Shown here one piece after another: positions 50,586 through 64,000 of a DNA stretch of 64,000 nucleotides (position 1 is its first letter; each line of letters opens with the position of its first letter). Position numbers and translations under genes: made by a program. The stretch covers positions 14,922,525-14,986,524 of the forward strand of contig NC_068982.1 of assembly GCF_001194135.2 (NCBI RefSeq), given 5' to 3'. The stretch is from Octopus bimaculoides. Taxonomy: Eukaryota. The notes below the pieces were generated by a model. The model was not told where the DNA came from, searched no databases, and saw nothing but the letters and a program-made list of their open reading frames with translations.

Positions 50586-50875
50586 AAGGCGCTTGGCCCA
50601 GTGGTTAGGGTTTTGCACTCGCAATTGTAAGATCATGGGTTCAAATCCCAGACCAGGTGGCACATTGTGTCCTTGGGCAAAACACTTCCTTTCACATTGC
50701 TCCAACTCACTCAGCTATCAACGGGTAACTCTGAAACAGACTAGCCTTCTGATCAAGGGAGATGTTGGCCTGCATGACTAGCCAGCAGAGTGGCATCATT
50801 CAAAAGCTAAAACAATGCAAAGCACATTGTGACTAGCAATGTACAACAACATCCAGTAGTCTAGTCTATACCGTG
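50586..50875 (+). mobile_element. tRNA-derived SINE (D-like head, different body)
   Basis: tggcccagtggttaggg...gggttcaaatccc...tgtgtccttgggcaaaacactt. Related heads at 8930-9160 (+), 11875-12040 (-) and about 160-320 (+). Confidence 0.7.
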
Positions 50876-52249
50876 ATACCATTATATTATTAGTTCTTGG
50901 TTCCATCGACTTACTGTCCAGTTAAGTTGAAGTTTATTTCTCTTGTTAATGAGATTTTAACTTAAAATAGCAAGGTATCATTTTGAGGTACTATAAATCA
51001 CCAAATCTCACTGTCTGCTATCTAAAAACAAACGAATTTCTCCATCAATAATACAGTCTTTTTATTTCATCTATTTTTATTTTTGTAACATGTTATCTTT
51101 ATTTTACATTGATTTTTTTACAAATAAGAAAACGATGGCTTCATATTAAAAAGCATTATGTAAATTTATTAATGATATAACAAATTATATTTAATTGATT
51201 ATTTGTTTTTGTAATTGAAAATAAGCCAAACAAATGTTAAGTTATCAGAATATATTATAAATTAAAATCAATGAGTAAGGGGAGCCTCAGTGTGAAATAG
51301 AAATACCAGAAATAGCAGTGAAATCGCCTTCCCCTATCACTTTTTTTTTATAAAGTAAAGACAAATTTGATAATGAATTCATAATTAAGTATTAATCATA
51401 GATCTAACAACTCAGGGCTAACTACAAAGAAAATACATCTATGTTGATTAAGCATTAAAGGAAATATTTTATTTGAACTCACCTAATTTAATACAAGTAA
51501 TTAGTGAAACATTTATTAATAATGAGAGAATATGTTCAAGTGATACTTTTAGACAGCGCGATTCAACTATATAAATCCAGAGTATGTAAGAGAATTGATT
51601 AATTTCTTTTAATTGGTCCATCGTCATCATCATTTAACATCTCTTTCCCTTGCTGGCATAGATTAGTTGGTTTGACAGGTGCTGGCTAGGCCAGGAGCCA
51701 TGCCAGGTTCCATTGCCTGTTTTGGCATGGTTTCTACAGCTAGATGCCCTTCCTAACTCCAACCACTTTACAGAGTGTTCTGGGGAATTTTTACATGACA
51801 CCAGCACCAATGCTTTTTATGTGGCACCAGCATCAACAGGGTCACCAAGTACCTTGTTTAGCATATTATTTTTGTTTGGCTATAATTTTCAATATAACTT
51901 TTTCCCTATAGTTTGCTTTCATAATCTTACAGCTTCAACACCATTATTACCCTCTTACATAAGTAAAAGGCATTTTCGAGAAGAAAATTTTCCAACGACA
52001 AATTTCTTTCTACTTTCTATTTTCCCAGTTTTGCAGCCCTCACCTAAACATAGACTGTGCTCAATGGTAGCCTCAGATAAAATACCTTTGGCCTTTATTC
52101 CAGCTTCTTGCATTTTCTTTTCTAAGTACAAGTCTCTTAGAAGTCAACATTGTCATTCTTCTTCCTTCTGGGATCAGTAGCTAAAGTACCAGTCCAGAGG
52201 GGTAGACGTACAGAATCATTTGACCACCAGACAGTACACTTTACAGTAT

Positions 52250-52920
52250 CTGTTCCATCATTTTATGTTCTGAGTTCAAATCATGCTGTAGCTTACATAT
52301 GTGTTAGACTTAATATTCTCTCTACAACTGGCACAAGGCCTGAAATTTGGAGGAGAGCTTGTCAGTTATACCAACCCTAGTGCCTAACTGGTATTTATTT
52401 TATCCACCCAGAAAAGATGAAAGACAAAGTTGCCTTCAGTGGTATTTGAACTCAGAATATAGAGATCCAGAAGACATACTGCAAAGCTTTTTGTCCAACA
52501 CATTAACAACCCTGCCAGCTCATCTATCTTTACGTTCTGAGTTCAAATTCCGCCAAGGTCAACTTTGCTTTCATCCCTTTGGGGTCAATAAATTAAGTAC
52601 CAGCTGCGTACTGGGGTTGATCTAATCGACTGCCCCCCCCTCCCCCAAAATTTTGGGCCTTGTACCTAGAGTAAAAAAGATTAACAACTCTGCCAGCTCA
52701 CTGGCTTTATTTGAGACTTAATATTGGTTTCAAATTTTGGCACAAGGCCAGTAATTTTGATTATATCGACCCTGATGCTCAACTGATACTTATTTTTTCG
52801 CCCCCCCCCCCCCAAAAGGATGAAATGCAAAGTCGACCTCAGCGGCATTTGAACTCAGAATGTAAGAATTGACGAAATGTCACTAAGCATTTTTCCCAGC
52901 ATGCTAACGATTCAGTCAGC
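52250..52920. mobile_element. Cluster of SINE B copies in both orientations
   Basis: Minus copies about 52330-52520 and 52735-52920, plus copy about 52525-52680. Confidence 0.75.
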
Positions 52921-53204
52921 TCACCAGCTTTGTTTTGGACTTGACATGACACCTGCTTTAGCATCACCACTTGGTCCTTATGTTGCCTTAGTGTCCACTC
53001 TACTGCAAGCGTTCAATCCAGATCTCCAATTTGAGGATATCTTCCTCCCTTCATCCATCCATCACATAACTCTCAGAAGCTCTATAAAGGGTCACATCCC
53101 TCCTGACTAAATGGTTAAAAAAAAAAAAAAAAAACTGAAATGGTGAAGTATACATTATTGCAAAGCTTAATATCATGAACAACTCAACTTTAATGGAAAT
53201 AGAT

Positions 53205-53725
53205 TGTGGTTGTGTGGTAAGAAGTTTGTTTCTCAATCACATGGTTCTAGGTTCTGTCTCACTGTGTGGCACCTTGGGCAAGTGTCTTCTACTATAGCCT
53301 CCAGCTGACCAGAGCCTTGTGAGTGGATTCGGTAGACAGAAACTGAAACAAGGCAGCGAGCTGACAGAAACATTATCATGCTGGGCGAAATGCTTAGCGG
53401 TTTTTCGTCTGCCGTTACGTTCTGAGTTCAAATTCTGCCGAGGTCGACTTTGCCTTTCATGCTTTCGAGGTCGATGAAATAAGTACCAGTTATTCACTGA
53501 GGTCAATGTAATCGACTTAATCTCCTTGTTTGTCTCCTCTATGTTTAGCCTCTTGTGGGCAATAAACAAATAAGGAACTGAAACAAGCTCGTTGTATATG
53601 TATATATATCTGTGTGTTTGTGCCTTTGTGTCTGTGTTTGTCCACCACCACCACTTAATAACTGGTGCTGGTGTGTTTATGTTCCCCTGACTGAGTGGTT
53701 CAGCAAAACACGACTAACAGAATAA
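53205..53725 (+). mobile_element. SINE A interrupted by a SINE B insertion (53353-53575)
   Basis: 12-bp direct repeat aactgaaacaag at 53341-53352 and 53576-53587 brackets the B copy. Confidence 0.85.
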
Positions 53726-54244
53726 GATTGCCTAATTGCCTCCCTGTTTGACTCTTGATTTTATTGCCCTCTACATGCTACTATTATAACTGTGGCTTAG
53801 CCACATGAATCCTTCAGCCACCATGTCTCTATGAATAATGATTAAGTCTAGAAAATATATGACATTTTATCAATGCTATTTTAACAAATTGAAAATAAAT
53901 ACTGCCCATGAGACAATGCAAATTTATCAAAATCTCAAAATATTAATGGTGAACCTGTGTATCTCTTTGTGTTATGTGTAAGTTACATATAGATGTGTAT
54001 GAGTGTGTAGTGTAAACTGCCTGTCAAAATATTTAAGTTATATAAGATCCAAATAAATGTCAGTGTTGAAAAAGTCAATGATATTCTGGAAAACTCCATC
54101 ATCATCATCATCATCTTGTCTTTGTCCTCCCCTTCCTTCTTCATCATCATTATTACTGTCATCATATATCCATTTTGCTTTGCTTGTCTGGGTTGGATAG
54201 GTCTGCTCCAGTGTATGTTCTTGTCTCTGTCCTTTGTTATGAAG

Positions 54245-54512
54245 GTACATGGCTTGTTGGTGAGGATATTCAGCTCACAATTGTAAGATCTTGAGTTCAA
54301 TTCTAGGTGCACATTGTGTCCTTGAGCAAGACGCTTTATTTCATGTTGCTGTACCTGTACTTCAAAGGGCCAGTCCCTTTGTCACACTGAAACTCCATGG
54401 GAACTTCAAGGGTACATGTGTCTGTGGAGTGCTCAGCCATTTGTACATCACGGGCCTGTTGTTCTGTTGATTGGGTTAACCAGAACCTTTGTCATTGTAA
54501 CCGACGGAGTTC
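54245..54512 (+). mobile_element. SINE family D
   Basis: Head and body as above. Confidence 0.75.
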
Positions 54513-55717
54513 TACTTTTGTTTTGTCGTCTGATTCATGCAACAACGGAGAAAAGCATTACTCTTTGTTATTATGTATATCTTTCTCTTTTATATATATA
54601 TTTACATGTATATAAGTAAATTCCTCTTATGATATCAGGAAAGTTAATCATTGCTATGTCTGTTGTGGTTCCAATGTGGCTGCCATACTGTGAAATTCAC
54701 AACTCAACATCTAAAATGTTTCACTGTTTTTTTTGTTGTTTTTTTTTTCTATTTCAATATATCAATATTTAATTAGTTTGTAGCAATAGTTTACAGTCTT
54801 TTTGGCTTCATGGTGTATGAAAAATAAAAGTTACTAACACACTTCATATAGAATGTTAAAAAGAAAAACTACGTTATGAAATTAAAAATTGAGAAAATAA
54901 TACAGAAAACTATTGCTTACCATATTCTATTAATCATGTTTATGTATTACAAAAATTACAACTTACACATTTTTCCAAGATGTTCAAGCATTATTATGGC
55001 TTTGCTTAAGCCTTAGATTTCATTTTTCAAAAGTCTTCGGCATGCTTCAGTATCGTTGGTTTGTAATACTATTTCTCATGTACCAAAGGTATTTTTGTCA
55101 TTTCATTTTTTTTTTGTTTCGTTTTGGGTTTTTTTTTTTTTTTGCTGCTTATAAACCTTTACATTTTACACCTCATGCGTTGCCTACATACCATTATCAT
55201 CATTGTTGTGGTTTTATGTTTCTTTTTCCCTGCTGGCATGGGTTGGATGATTTGTTGCAGTCTGACAGGTTTAGGTATGGTTGTGCAGTTAAGAAGCTTC
55301 CTTCCCAACCATGTAGTCTTATCTTTCTTTTACTTGTTTCAATCATTAGACTACAGCCATACTGGAGCACTGCCTTGAAGAATTTTTAGTTGAATAATCA
55401 ACCCCAGTACTTCATTTTTTTTTAAAGCCTAATACTCAATTTATTGGTTTCTTTTGCTGAACCACTAAGTTACGAGGACGTAAACTCACCAACACTGGTT
55501 AAGTGGTGGAGTGAGGAGAGCAAACACAGACACAAAAACACATAGATATATAAATATATGTGTATACATATACAATGGGCTTCTTTCAGTTTCCTTCTAC
55601 CTTGAGCAAATATCTTCTGCTTTAACCCAGGGCCAACTAAAGCTTTATGAGTGTATTAGGTAGACTAAAAATCAAAGAAGCCTGTCATATATATGTGTGT
55701 ATGTATATATATATATA

Positions 55718-56045
55718 TCATCATCATCGTTTAACATCCGCTTTCCATGCTAGCATGGGCTGGACGATTTGACTGAGGACTGGTAAACCGGATAGCTGCA
55801 CCAGGCTCCAATCTGATCTGGCAGAGTTTCTACAGCTGGATGCCCTTCCTAACACCAACCATTCTGAGAGTGTAGTGGGTGCTTTTACGTGCCACCGGCA
55901 CAAGGGCCAGTCCAGCGGCACTGGTAACGACCTCGCTCAACCTTGCTCGTATGATCTTCTAGCATGCCAGTAAGGCGACGCTAGTAACGATCACGCTCAA
56001 ATGGTGCTATATACGGGCCACTAGCATGGAAGCCAGACAGCTGCT
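55718..56045 (-). mobile_element. Family C copy
   Basis: (CAT)n tail, conserved box and internal tandem units. Confidence 0.85.
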
Positions 56046-56046
56046 C

Positions 56047-56087
<41 letters not shown>

Positions 56088-56798
56088 AATAAGGGCAAAA
56101 GAAAACAAATTTCTGTGCCAATATGCTAAAAAATAGACTTTAGATCGTCTAACCACATACAGTATTTTTCACTATAAATACACAGCATGTTAAAACGAGG
56201 AAAGCAAGCTAACAGAAATTTTTGAAATTCATTGTTTCCAAAATTTTTTCTTTTCCCTTATTTATAATTCTTTATAATTTTCACCTTTACAGGTATTTTA
56301 ATATGCTGGCCACTGATAACATTTTCTTTGAAAAATGTTATCCTTATATTAGAAGTATATATATATATATATATAATAAAGTAAAGTTGTGGAATACCGT
56401 ACGAGTGGAAATATATATGAAAGAAGGTTTGAAAATGCACCTATTTCTTTCAAAAATACCCATTTACTCAACCGGCTTCACCCCCCTTAACGTCATCAGC
56501 ACTTGCTACCATTAAAAGAGATCCCAACTGCCTGCATTGAAGTCTGCTCTGCAACTGATTTGTTTCGCAAGTTGTTTCCAATAGCCATTATAGGTTCGCC
56601 CATTGGTCAGTTTACTCAATCAGCCCAGTGATCAGTTGAGAAAAATTCCACGACCTTATAGAATTGACACTATTCTCTTTGGAGTCAGAGTATTATATAC
56701 CCATAGAAATGACATGTGCAAAGTCAAGAGTACATTTAAGTACCCGAAATATATCCAAATAGAAATTCTGTAGCAAGCCTCAACACACGTGTAGACGG

Positions 56799-56918
<120 letters not shown>

Positions 56919-58114
56919 ACACATATGTATGAGAGTGTATACCCTCCTCTTGATATCATGTGATGGTCATAAATGAGCATAGTTGTCATACAGGTGATCT
57001 TGTTTGTTTCCAGTCTTCTATGAAAAACATGTCTTGGCATGGAAAAACAGGTGTGGCTTAGAAACAGGTAAAGGTTGGTAACAGAAAAAGCACCCAGCCT
57101 TTAAAAAAAATACGCTTCACCAAACTCTGTCTCACCCATGCTAGCATAGAAAAAAAGACATTAAATGATGATGTTGATGATGACAACAACAATGATGATG
57201 AGGATGATGATAATATCATTGCCACCACTGTTGATGACAATTTAGTTCTTATTTGAAGTTGTTGTTCTCTTGGACAGATCAGAGATCATGTTTTGCTTGT
57301 ACATTCCATTTTTGGCATGGTTTCAATAACTGGGTATCTTTCTTAATGCCAACCACTTTACAGAGTGTACTGGGTGCAGTTTATAGGAAAGTATGTCAGT
57401 TAAATGGCATATACTGGAAATATATATCTAATGTTCAGAAAAGTTCAGTTCCCAGCAGGTTATTTGGGCAATACTAGCTATCATTTATACAGGTAAATGT
57501 TTTAATGCAGTTCGTTTATTAACTAACTCATTACATTTACTGATAAATAGTCTTCTTTTTTTTTTGGATATGTGAAACTGAGCTTGACAATGTTGGCAGC
57601 ACTAACTTACATTCCAAACTTTTAGCACAGATTTATCATTTTTTACTAATAAAATCTAAATCTCTTCCGCTTCCTCCTCCTTCTTCTTCTCCTCATCCCC
57701 TTCTTCTCCCTCCATGTCATAGATCTCATTGCAGATGCTGCAACCAAATATAATTGGTGGTTTGGGATCCAGGGAGTGGGGATTATCGTCCACCATCACT
57801 ATCATTATCCTTACATAATTGTAATTGTAACAGTTTTTGCTATCATGGATGCTTTCAAGACGGCAGTTGTTCTTTTGAAGTTGCTATTCATTTTCTAGTT
57901 GGCAGAGATTGCTGTGGTAGTGGTATTATCTACATTAAAAGCTAATTTTGTATATACCATTCCATAATCATCTGTAAAATCAAGTAAACAACCTTCTGGT
58001 ATAACAGTTCCTCACTTTGGCACAAAACTGCAAACTTGAAGGAAAGAGGTTTGGTTAACTGAATTAACTCTAATACATGCCCTGCCCAGCACTTAAAATA
58101 ATGATGCATTAGAG

Positions 58115-58402
58115 CAGTGGTTACCAACCTTTTGGGGGCTGCTGCCCCATAGGCACCTGGGCCACATTTCTGGTGCCCATCACCACCATTGACCACCACA
58201 AACATAGACCACTTTCTGCAACAAACTCAAAACATTTGTATTTCACAAATAAATTTTAACCTAATTAACCCATTGTTTTAGTTTCTTTTACATCCATTGC
58301 CCTTTTTTGGGCCACCCCATTATCACCCCTCTTCATTGCAGGTCCCCTGGATCTTTCTACTCCCTCCAAGTGGGGCAGTACTGATCACTTTGTGAATCAC
58401 TA
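58115..58402. mobile_element. hAT-Charlie/MER5-like MITE
   Basis: Begins cagtggttaccaaccttt and ends ttgtgaatcacta (degenerate reverse complement); flanks cattagag / attagaa resemble an nTcTAGAn target. Confidence 0.55.
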
Positions 58403-58826
58403 TTAGAATACTGTATACATTACAGCAGGGGCTCTTGAACCAGGTACACATACCCAGGACTAGATTAAGACCCACAGAGACACTAAGAACTTAAAAGATG
58501 TTGGTGCCATCATATACATGTTATTCAAAATATAAACAATAATAAGCCATAGAATAAATTTTTATTTTTCAAAATGAAACAAAACCATCAATAACATTAA
58601 AAATAATGTTTAACTTTGTAAACTTCTACTTTATTATATTAAAAAGTTTCCTCCTACTTTTTTTTCATTGCAAAGTCTTTGATCAGATCCTCACTATGAC
58701 ACCATGAACACATCAAAAATATATTTCCAATCATATGAAAACCACTTCAAATATTAATTTAGCAAGTTTAAAGTGATTAAATAGCTTATGTCACAAAAGT
58801 GCCATAAACTACTTATCATTTCTGAG

Positions 58827-58857
<31 letters not shown>

Positions 58858-59214
58858 TTCCCTTGACATCCTAAGCATCGCCTTATTTTGCTTAATGGTT
58901 AATCCAGCACTGCACATACCATTAATGATATGCAAAAGAGACTGTGGGGTAACATGAGTTTTATAAAAGCAATGGAATTATCAAGGAATCACAACGAAAT
59001 GCAACCTAGATGCCTTAAAAATGTTTGGAGAACATTTTGGTGTTCCTGTCCATCCATTTATTGTTGGTTTGCAGTAATGTGTATATTGGAAAATTAAATT
59101 TCATGCAAATACTGTCGAATGATGTGTTGAGGAGCCTCTCTGAAACTATGCCTAGAATTGAGTTTCTTGTTAGAAAATGCCAAGCTCATTCTTCTCATTA
59201 AAATGTAACATCAT

Positions 59215-59500
59215 CATCATCATCATCATCATCATTGTTTGACGTCTGCTTTCCATGCTAGCATGGTTTGGACGATTTGACTGAGGACTGGCAAGCCAGG
59301 CTCCAATCTGATTTGGCAGAGTTTCTACAGCTGGATGCCCTTCCTAACACCAACTACTCCAAGAGTTTAGTGGTTGCTTTTACATGCCACCGGCACAAAA
59401 GCCAGTCAAGCGGTACTGGCAACGGCCATGCTCAGAATGGTGTATTTTACGTGCCACCTGCACAGGAGCCAGTCCAGTGGCACTGGCAACGATCTCGCTA
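59215..59500 (-). mobile_element. Family C copy
   Basis: (CAT)n tail, conserved box and two internal tandem units. Confidence 0.85.
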
Positions 59501-59590
59501 AACTAAATTAAATTACGGAGATATTCTTTCATGGCAAGTGTTTTAAAGTGAGACCATGTGCTGAAATCACTGTGCTTGCAGCACAGATGA

Positions 59591-59791
59591 CATGAGTTAG
59601 CCATTCAGAAATACGCAAAGATTGTTAACTTCACTTAAATATTTATTTGTAATAAGGTGTCAAAATTTCAGTTAGTTTAAACTGCAACCAAGTCACTGAT
59701 ACAAAATGTGCAACAAAAATTTTGACATCATATTGCAAATAAATGTTGAAGTGAAGTTAATGGTCTTGGTGGGTTTCTGAACGGCTACCAT
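59591..59791. repeat. Diverged MITE-like inverted repeat, about 75-bp arms
   Basis: ttaacttcacttaaatatttatttgtaataaggtgtcaaaattt / aaattttgacatcatattgcaaataaatgttgaagtgaagttaa. Confidence 0.75.
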
Positions 59792-59824
59792 GTTGCAATC
59801 AGTAAATAAAATTAATTTCTTACA

Positions 59825-60043
59825 TATGAGGGTGTGCTGAAAAGTTCCTGGCTTTGGATAAAAGAAAATACAGGAGGATCAGTTAATCATGATTTTATTC
59901 AACATATTCCCCTCTCAAATTCACACACTTATTGCAAGTCTTTCAGTCTTTCTAAGCACTTTAAAAGAACTCAGATGGTTGGGCCTCCAATCAGGCCTTT
60001 CATGACACTCTTAAAGCCAGGAACTTTCCAGCATCCCCTGGTA
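59825..60043. mobile_element. Tc1/mariner-type MITE with TA TSD
   Basis: ta|tgagggtgtgctgaaaagttcctggcttt ... aaagccaggaactttccagcatcccctgg|ta: about 29-bp TIRs flanked by TA. Confidence 0.8.
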
Positions 60044-60344
60044 AGCACAAGGCTAGAAACTGGATGTGTGACAGTGATTTTTATAAATCCCTTGTACTTA
60101 ACCGGTCTTTTATTTTATCAATTGTAGAAGGATGAAAGACAAAGTTTGAACACAGCAGAATTCAAACTCTTTAAATTAAATTAATAACAAATAATATGTG
60201 TTGTCTATTCTATGATATCCACCCATATCACATTTTATTCTACCTGGGGGCACACTGACATTACTAGACATAATGAAGGGTTATGATGGAAGAAAATATT
60301 TGAGAATTCCTGCTTTAGAAGAACAGAGTTGTACCTAATACTGG

Positions 60345-60548
60345 TTTCAAATTTTAGCACAAGGCCAGCAATTTCGGGGGGAGGGGGCAAGTCAATTCCA
60401 TCGATCCCAATGCCTTATTTTATTGACCCCAAAACGATGAAAGGCAAAGTCAACCTCATCGGTATTTGAACTCAGAATGCAGAGACAGACAAAATGCCAC
60501 TGAACTTTTTGCCCCGCATGCCAACAATTTTGCCAGCTTACTGCCTTT
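60345..60548 (-). mobile_element. SINE family B
   Basis: Reverse-complement core and tail. Confidence 0.75.
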
Positions 60549-62079
60549 AGTTGTATTATTAACGGTTAAACATTATAAATGTTATTGGTGTTAGGCCAAT
60601 GATACTGAAATACTGATTACTGAATGATAATGTGGATGGCAGTTATTTTCCAGTGTAGAGTGGCCTTATTTGTTGCTACACAGAAGTTTTTTCTACACAT
60701 GCACTTACGGAAATGCATGTTTGTTGCTTTTGGATATGTTTCTGTAGGTTGATTTAGAAAGAAAACTGTTAACATTCTAATAAATTTGAAATGTACCAGA
60801 ACATATGTGGTTTTATTTTGATTTCTCTTTGGCAAGGAGTAACTTGAGGTGGCTGCCAGGTGTATTTTTGTTTCGTTTATCTGTACAGAATGGTAACTAT
60901 TTTTTAAACGTATTGTTTTTTGTAGAATCTCAGGAGGTTTTGATATAAGATACACGGATTATCAAGAGAGCATCCATAATTGTCTCTGGACTATCACCAT
61001 CACCACCTCCTGTTTCAGGAATTTTCTGCAATTTTTAGAATGTTTGTTGGAATGCCCAGTTTGAATAATAACATATGTGATAATTCTATTTATATAAATT
61101 TGCAATTACAGCTAATAATATTCTCGGAGTTACCTACAGCTTCAAAACAATTTGCATTTAGCAGCAGTGAATACACTGATTTGTGCTACATTTCATTATT
61201 TTGATTCTAGGGTCATTCTTTTATTAGATTGTTTGTTTAATCCTGTTGTTATCCTCTGAGATATACCATCTGTGTGTTTCAGTTAATTTTAAAAATAATC
61301 AAAAATTAAAAGATATTTAATAAAATACTTTGTCATTTATTTGACATCATTTGGTACATAACTAAACAAAAGGTTCTTGTATAAACTTCAATGGATATTT
61401 TTCCTCTGAATAAGATATTTTTTTCAAACTCCAGCATATTCTGTACACTGTTATTACAATGTCTTACTTTGAGACACTGTTACAATATGACCATTTAGCA
61501 CTGTATAAAGGAGTAGGTTACACAAGGCTCTCCTTGTTTTTATGTACTTGATAGATAGAAGAAAAGAAATGGTCATGTAGATAAAATAATATGACTCCAT
61601 CTCAGAGAGAGTTCAAATATGTTGCAGACAACCCAAGGTGTTTCTGTGCAGAACACTTTATTCTTCAGTACATCAGTTAAGCTACTTGACAGAAACAGGC
61701 ACCAGATCTTGTCTATATGTAAACTGTGATAGACTAGTATCCTAGTCAAGGGAAGATTTATCTTTAATTTGTTTCTTATATCCATCAACTTCTATAACAA
61801 TTTTTAACAATCTGGATGTGTTATACCTGCATATACACGCAAAGAAACATTGACATTATTGTATATTCTACTATGTTGTATATCATGTGATCACATGATT
61901 GGATGTTGTTATACATTGCTGGTCACAGTGCACTTGGCACTGTTTTATCTTCTGAATGATGCCACCTCAGTGGCTAGGCAACCAGGCCGACTTTCCTCCT
62001 GTTCAGATGGCTACTTTGTCACAGAGTTACCCATTTACAGCTAAGTGAACTAGAGCAACGTGAAATGAAAATATAGGCA

Positions 62080-62238
62080 AAGGATTAAAATTAATCAAAG
62101 GACATACTAGGTATGTCTACCTGCTGGAAATAACAGTCAAAACTCTTATTTAATGAGCCAATTGGCAATTTAAATAAGAGTTTTACTGTTATTTCCAGCA
62201 GGTAGACATACCTAGTCCTTTGATTAATTTTAATCCTT
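62080..62238. repeat. Near-perfect palindrome, about 72-bp arms
   Basis: aaggattaaaattaatcaaaggac..ctaggtatgtctacctgctggaaataacagt.aaaactcttatttaa and its reverse complement; differs mainly by two small indels. Confidence 0.92.
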
Positions 62239-62560
62239 CAGCTATTTAATGCTTTTTTGAGGGCCTGCAATCGCCTATATTATTGATTCTGTTATCATTT
62301 TTAAATTGTTACACTAGATAATGATAGAGTCAATGATATCCTTGCAAATATTTTCTTCTGAACTATTTGCTCCATATATGTATGTGTGTGTGTATGTATG
62401 TATACACATGCATGCACACACACACACACATATTTGAAATTATGAATGGAAAAGAAAGCACTCAATGAATGCATTGAATTTCTTCATTTATTTGAAGGTG
62501 AGGCTTTTCTCCATCACTCTCTGACTTGACTTTTGCTTTGGCTTCAAATAATTTAATAAC

Positions 62561-62596
<36 letters not shown>

Positions 62597-63075
62597 AATT
62601 CTTCTAACGAAGAAACTGGTTTCTAACTAAGAAATGAAATTACATCGTTGCTATTTAGACAACAACAGCAACAACAAGAAAGAAGTTACATGTGGAATTT
62701 TAGAAAAAGACTTACATGTTTTTGTGTTGTGTTGCTTTCATGTTTGCAGAGCGCTTGTCAGGTGGCCTTTTCCTTTACTCAAAAAGCATTATGCAATGCA
62801 ATGCATTGTTATGTTCAGTTGTTGTTGTTGTTATGTATGTATGTTATTAAGTTTTATTTCAAGATTTGTTGCCAATAGAGAAAGAGCCAGTTTTTAATCC
62901 AGATCCAAGGCTCCTTCATTGGAATTCCAACAATATCAATCCTCCTCGAGAAATTCCGTCTGATCCATGCATGCATGGAAAAATGGACGTAAAAACGATG
63001 ATGACAATGATGTATACACAAGCGTCTATACATGATAATAACCACACTTACATTCTCTTATATATATATAAACAA

Positions 63076-63123
<48 letters not shown>

Positions 63124-63755
63124 GTGCATGCGCACATACAGAGGTGTATAAGTTTATCCATGAATCGTACATCCAAAATGTACTCGTATATAAATAGCTA
63201 TCCTCTGTGTGTGTGTGTGTGTCTGTGTGTGTAGTAAGCTTATGAAAGAATTAAGCTTCCTTAGTAGTTAACAATGAGCAGATGTTCTTGAATACAGATA
63301 TCTTGAAATATCAATAGGCTTGTTAAGCATTTCTACAATTCTAAAATGTTATATCAAGGAACTCTGTGAACTGATCAACATCTTCAGTAGCAGTGGTGGC
63401 GGTGGTGGTGGTGAGAAATGCAAATCTAACAGCTGTGAATTTTTCCATGGGTATCTGTAGAGCTTGCGATGCTGGTGGTGGTGTTGGTGGTGGTGGTGTG
63501 GTTGAGATGGTGATGGTAGTGTGGTTTGATGTTGAGTACTCTTACAACCATTTCACATACCTTCAGTCTTGACTGGAATAATATTCCGCACACAAGTGTA
63601 GAAAATAACACATACATACACATATATATATGTGCATATGCTTTATGACAAATGCATACAAAGAATTCTCTCTCCCTCCGTCTCTGTCTCTCCTACACAC
63701 ATACACATGCACACACACACACACATGCACTTCAAACTGCATACATACACAAATA

Positions 63756-63790
<35 letters not shown>

Positions 63791-64000
63791 ATATATTCAC
63801 TTTTAAGAACATACATATACATACAGTCACACACAGACACACACTTATAACTGCATATACATATATATNNNNNNNNNNNNNNNNNNNNNNNNNNNNNNNN
63901 NNNNNNNNNNNNNNNNNNNNNNNNNNNNNNNNNNNNNNNNNNNNNNNNNNNNNNNNNNNNNNNNNNNNNNNNNNNTATATATATTCACTTTTAAGAACAT

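Noticed and set aside
51713-52180. 155-aa plus ORF
   Set aside because: Starts in a family C SINE and continues through low-complexity AT-rich sequence; no ZIP motifs.
57735-57900. Hydrophobic plus-strand reading after ctcattgcag
   Set aside because: Ends in a stop with no donor and does not match expected ZIP13 TM3-TM8 motifs.

Overview
AT-rich, gapped eukaryotic scaffold (10 N-runs), mostly intronic or intergenic. The tRNA-derived SINE families, RTE/CR1/R4 LINE remnants and very dense (AT)n/(GT)n/(CAT)n/(AAT)n microsatellites look like an octopus genome; this is pattern recognition, not a database result. Almost every ORF in the supplied track is a microsatellite, SINE or gap artefact. One protein-coding exon is firmly recognisable: a 108-bp internal exon of the zinc transporter ZIP13/SLC39A13 on + (44268-44375). 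A second, unidentified gene probably has its first coding exon on - (19937-20014). The rest is mobile DNA: four or more SINE families, LINE fragments, a Helitron, a Helentron-type HINE, hAT and mariner MITEs, and about ten long fold-back inverted repeats. The most notable observation is a set of minimal type-I hammerhead-ribozyme motifs (about 11.3, 17.3, 22.7, 26.2 and 43.0 kb) inside or next to inverted repeats. They resemble Penelope-like-element or retrozyme termini; one has a compensatory U3-A8 core pair and one family has a reconstructable CCGACGA core. Repeat boundaries were read by eye and are approximate (about +/-10 bp) unless TSD/TIR positions are given.
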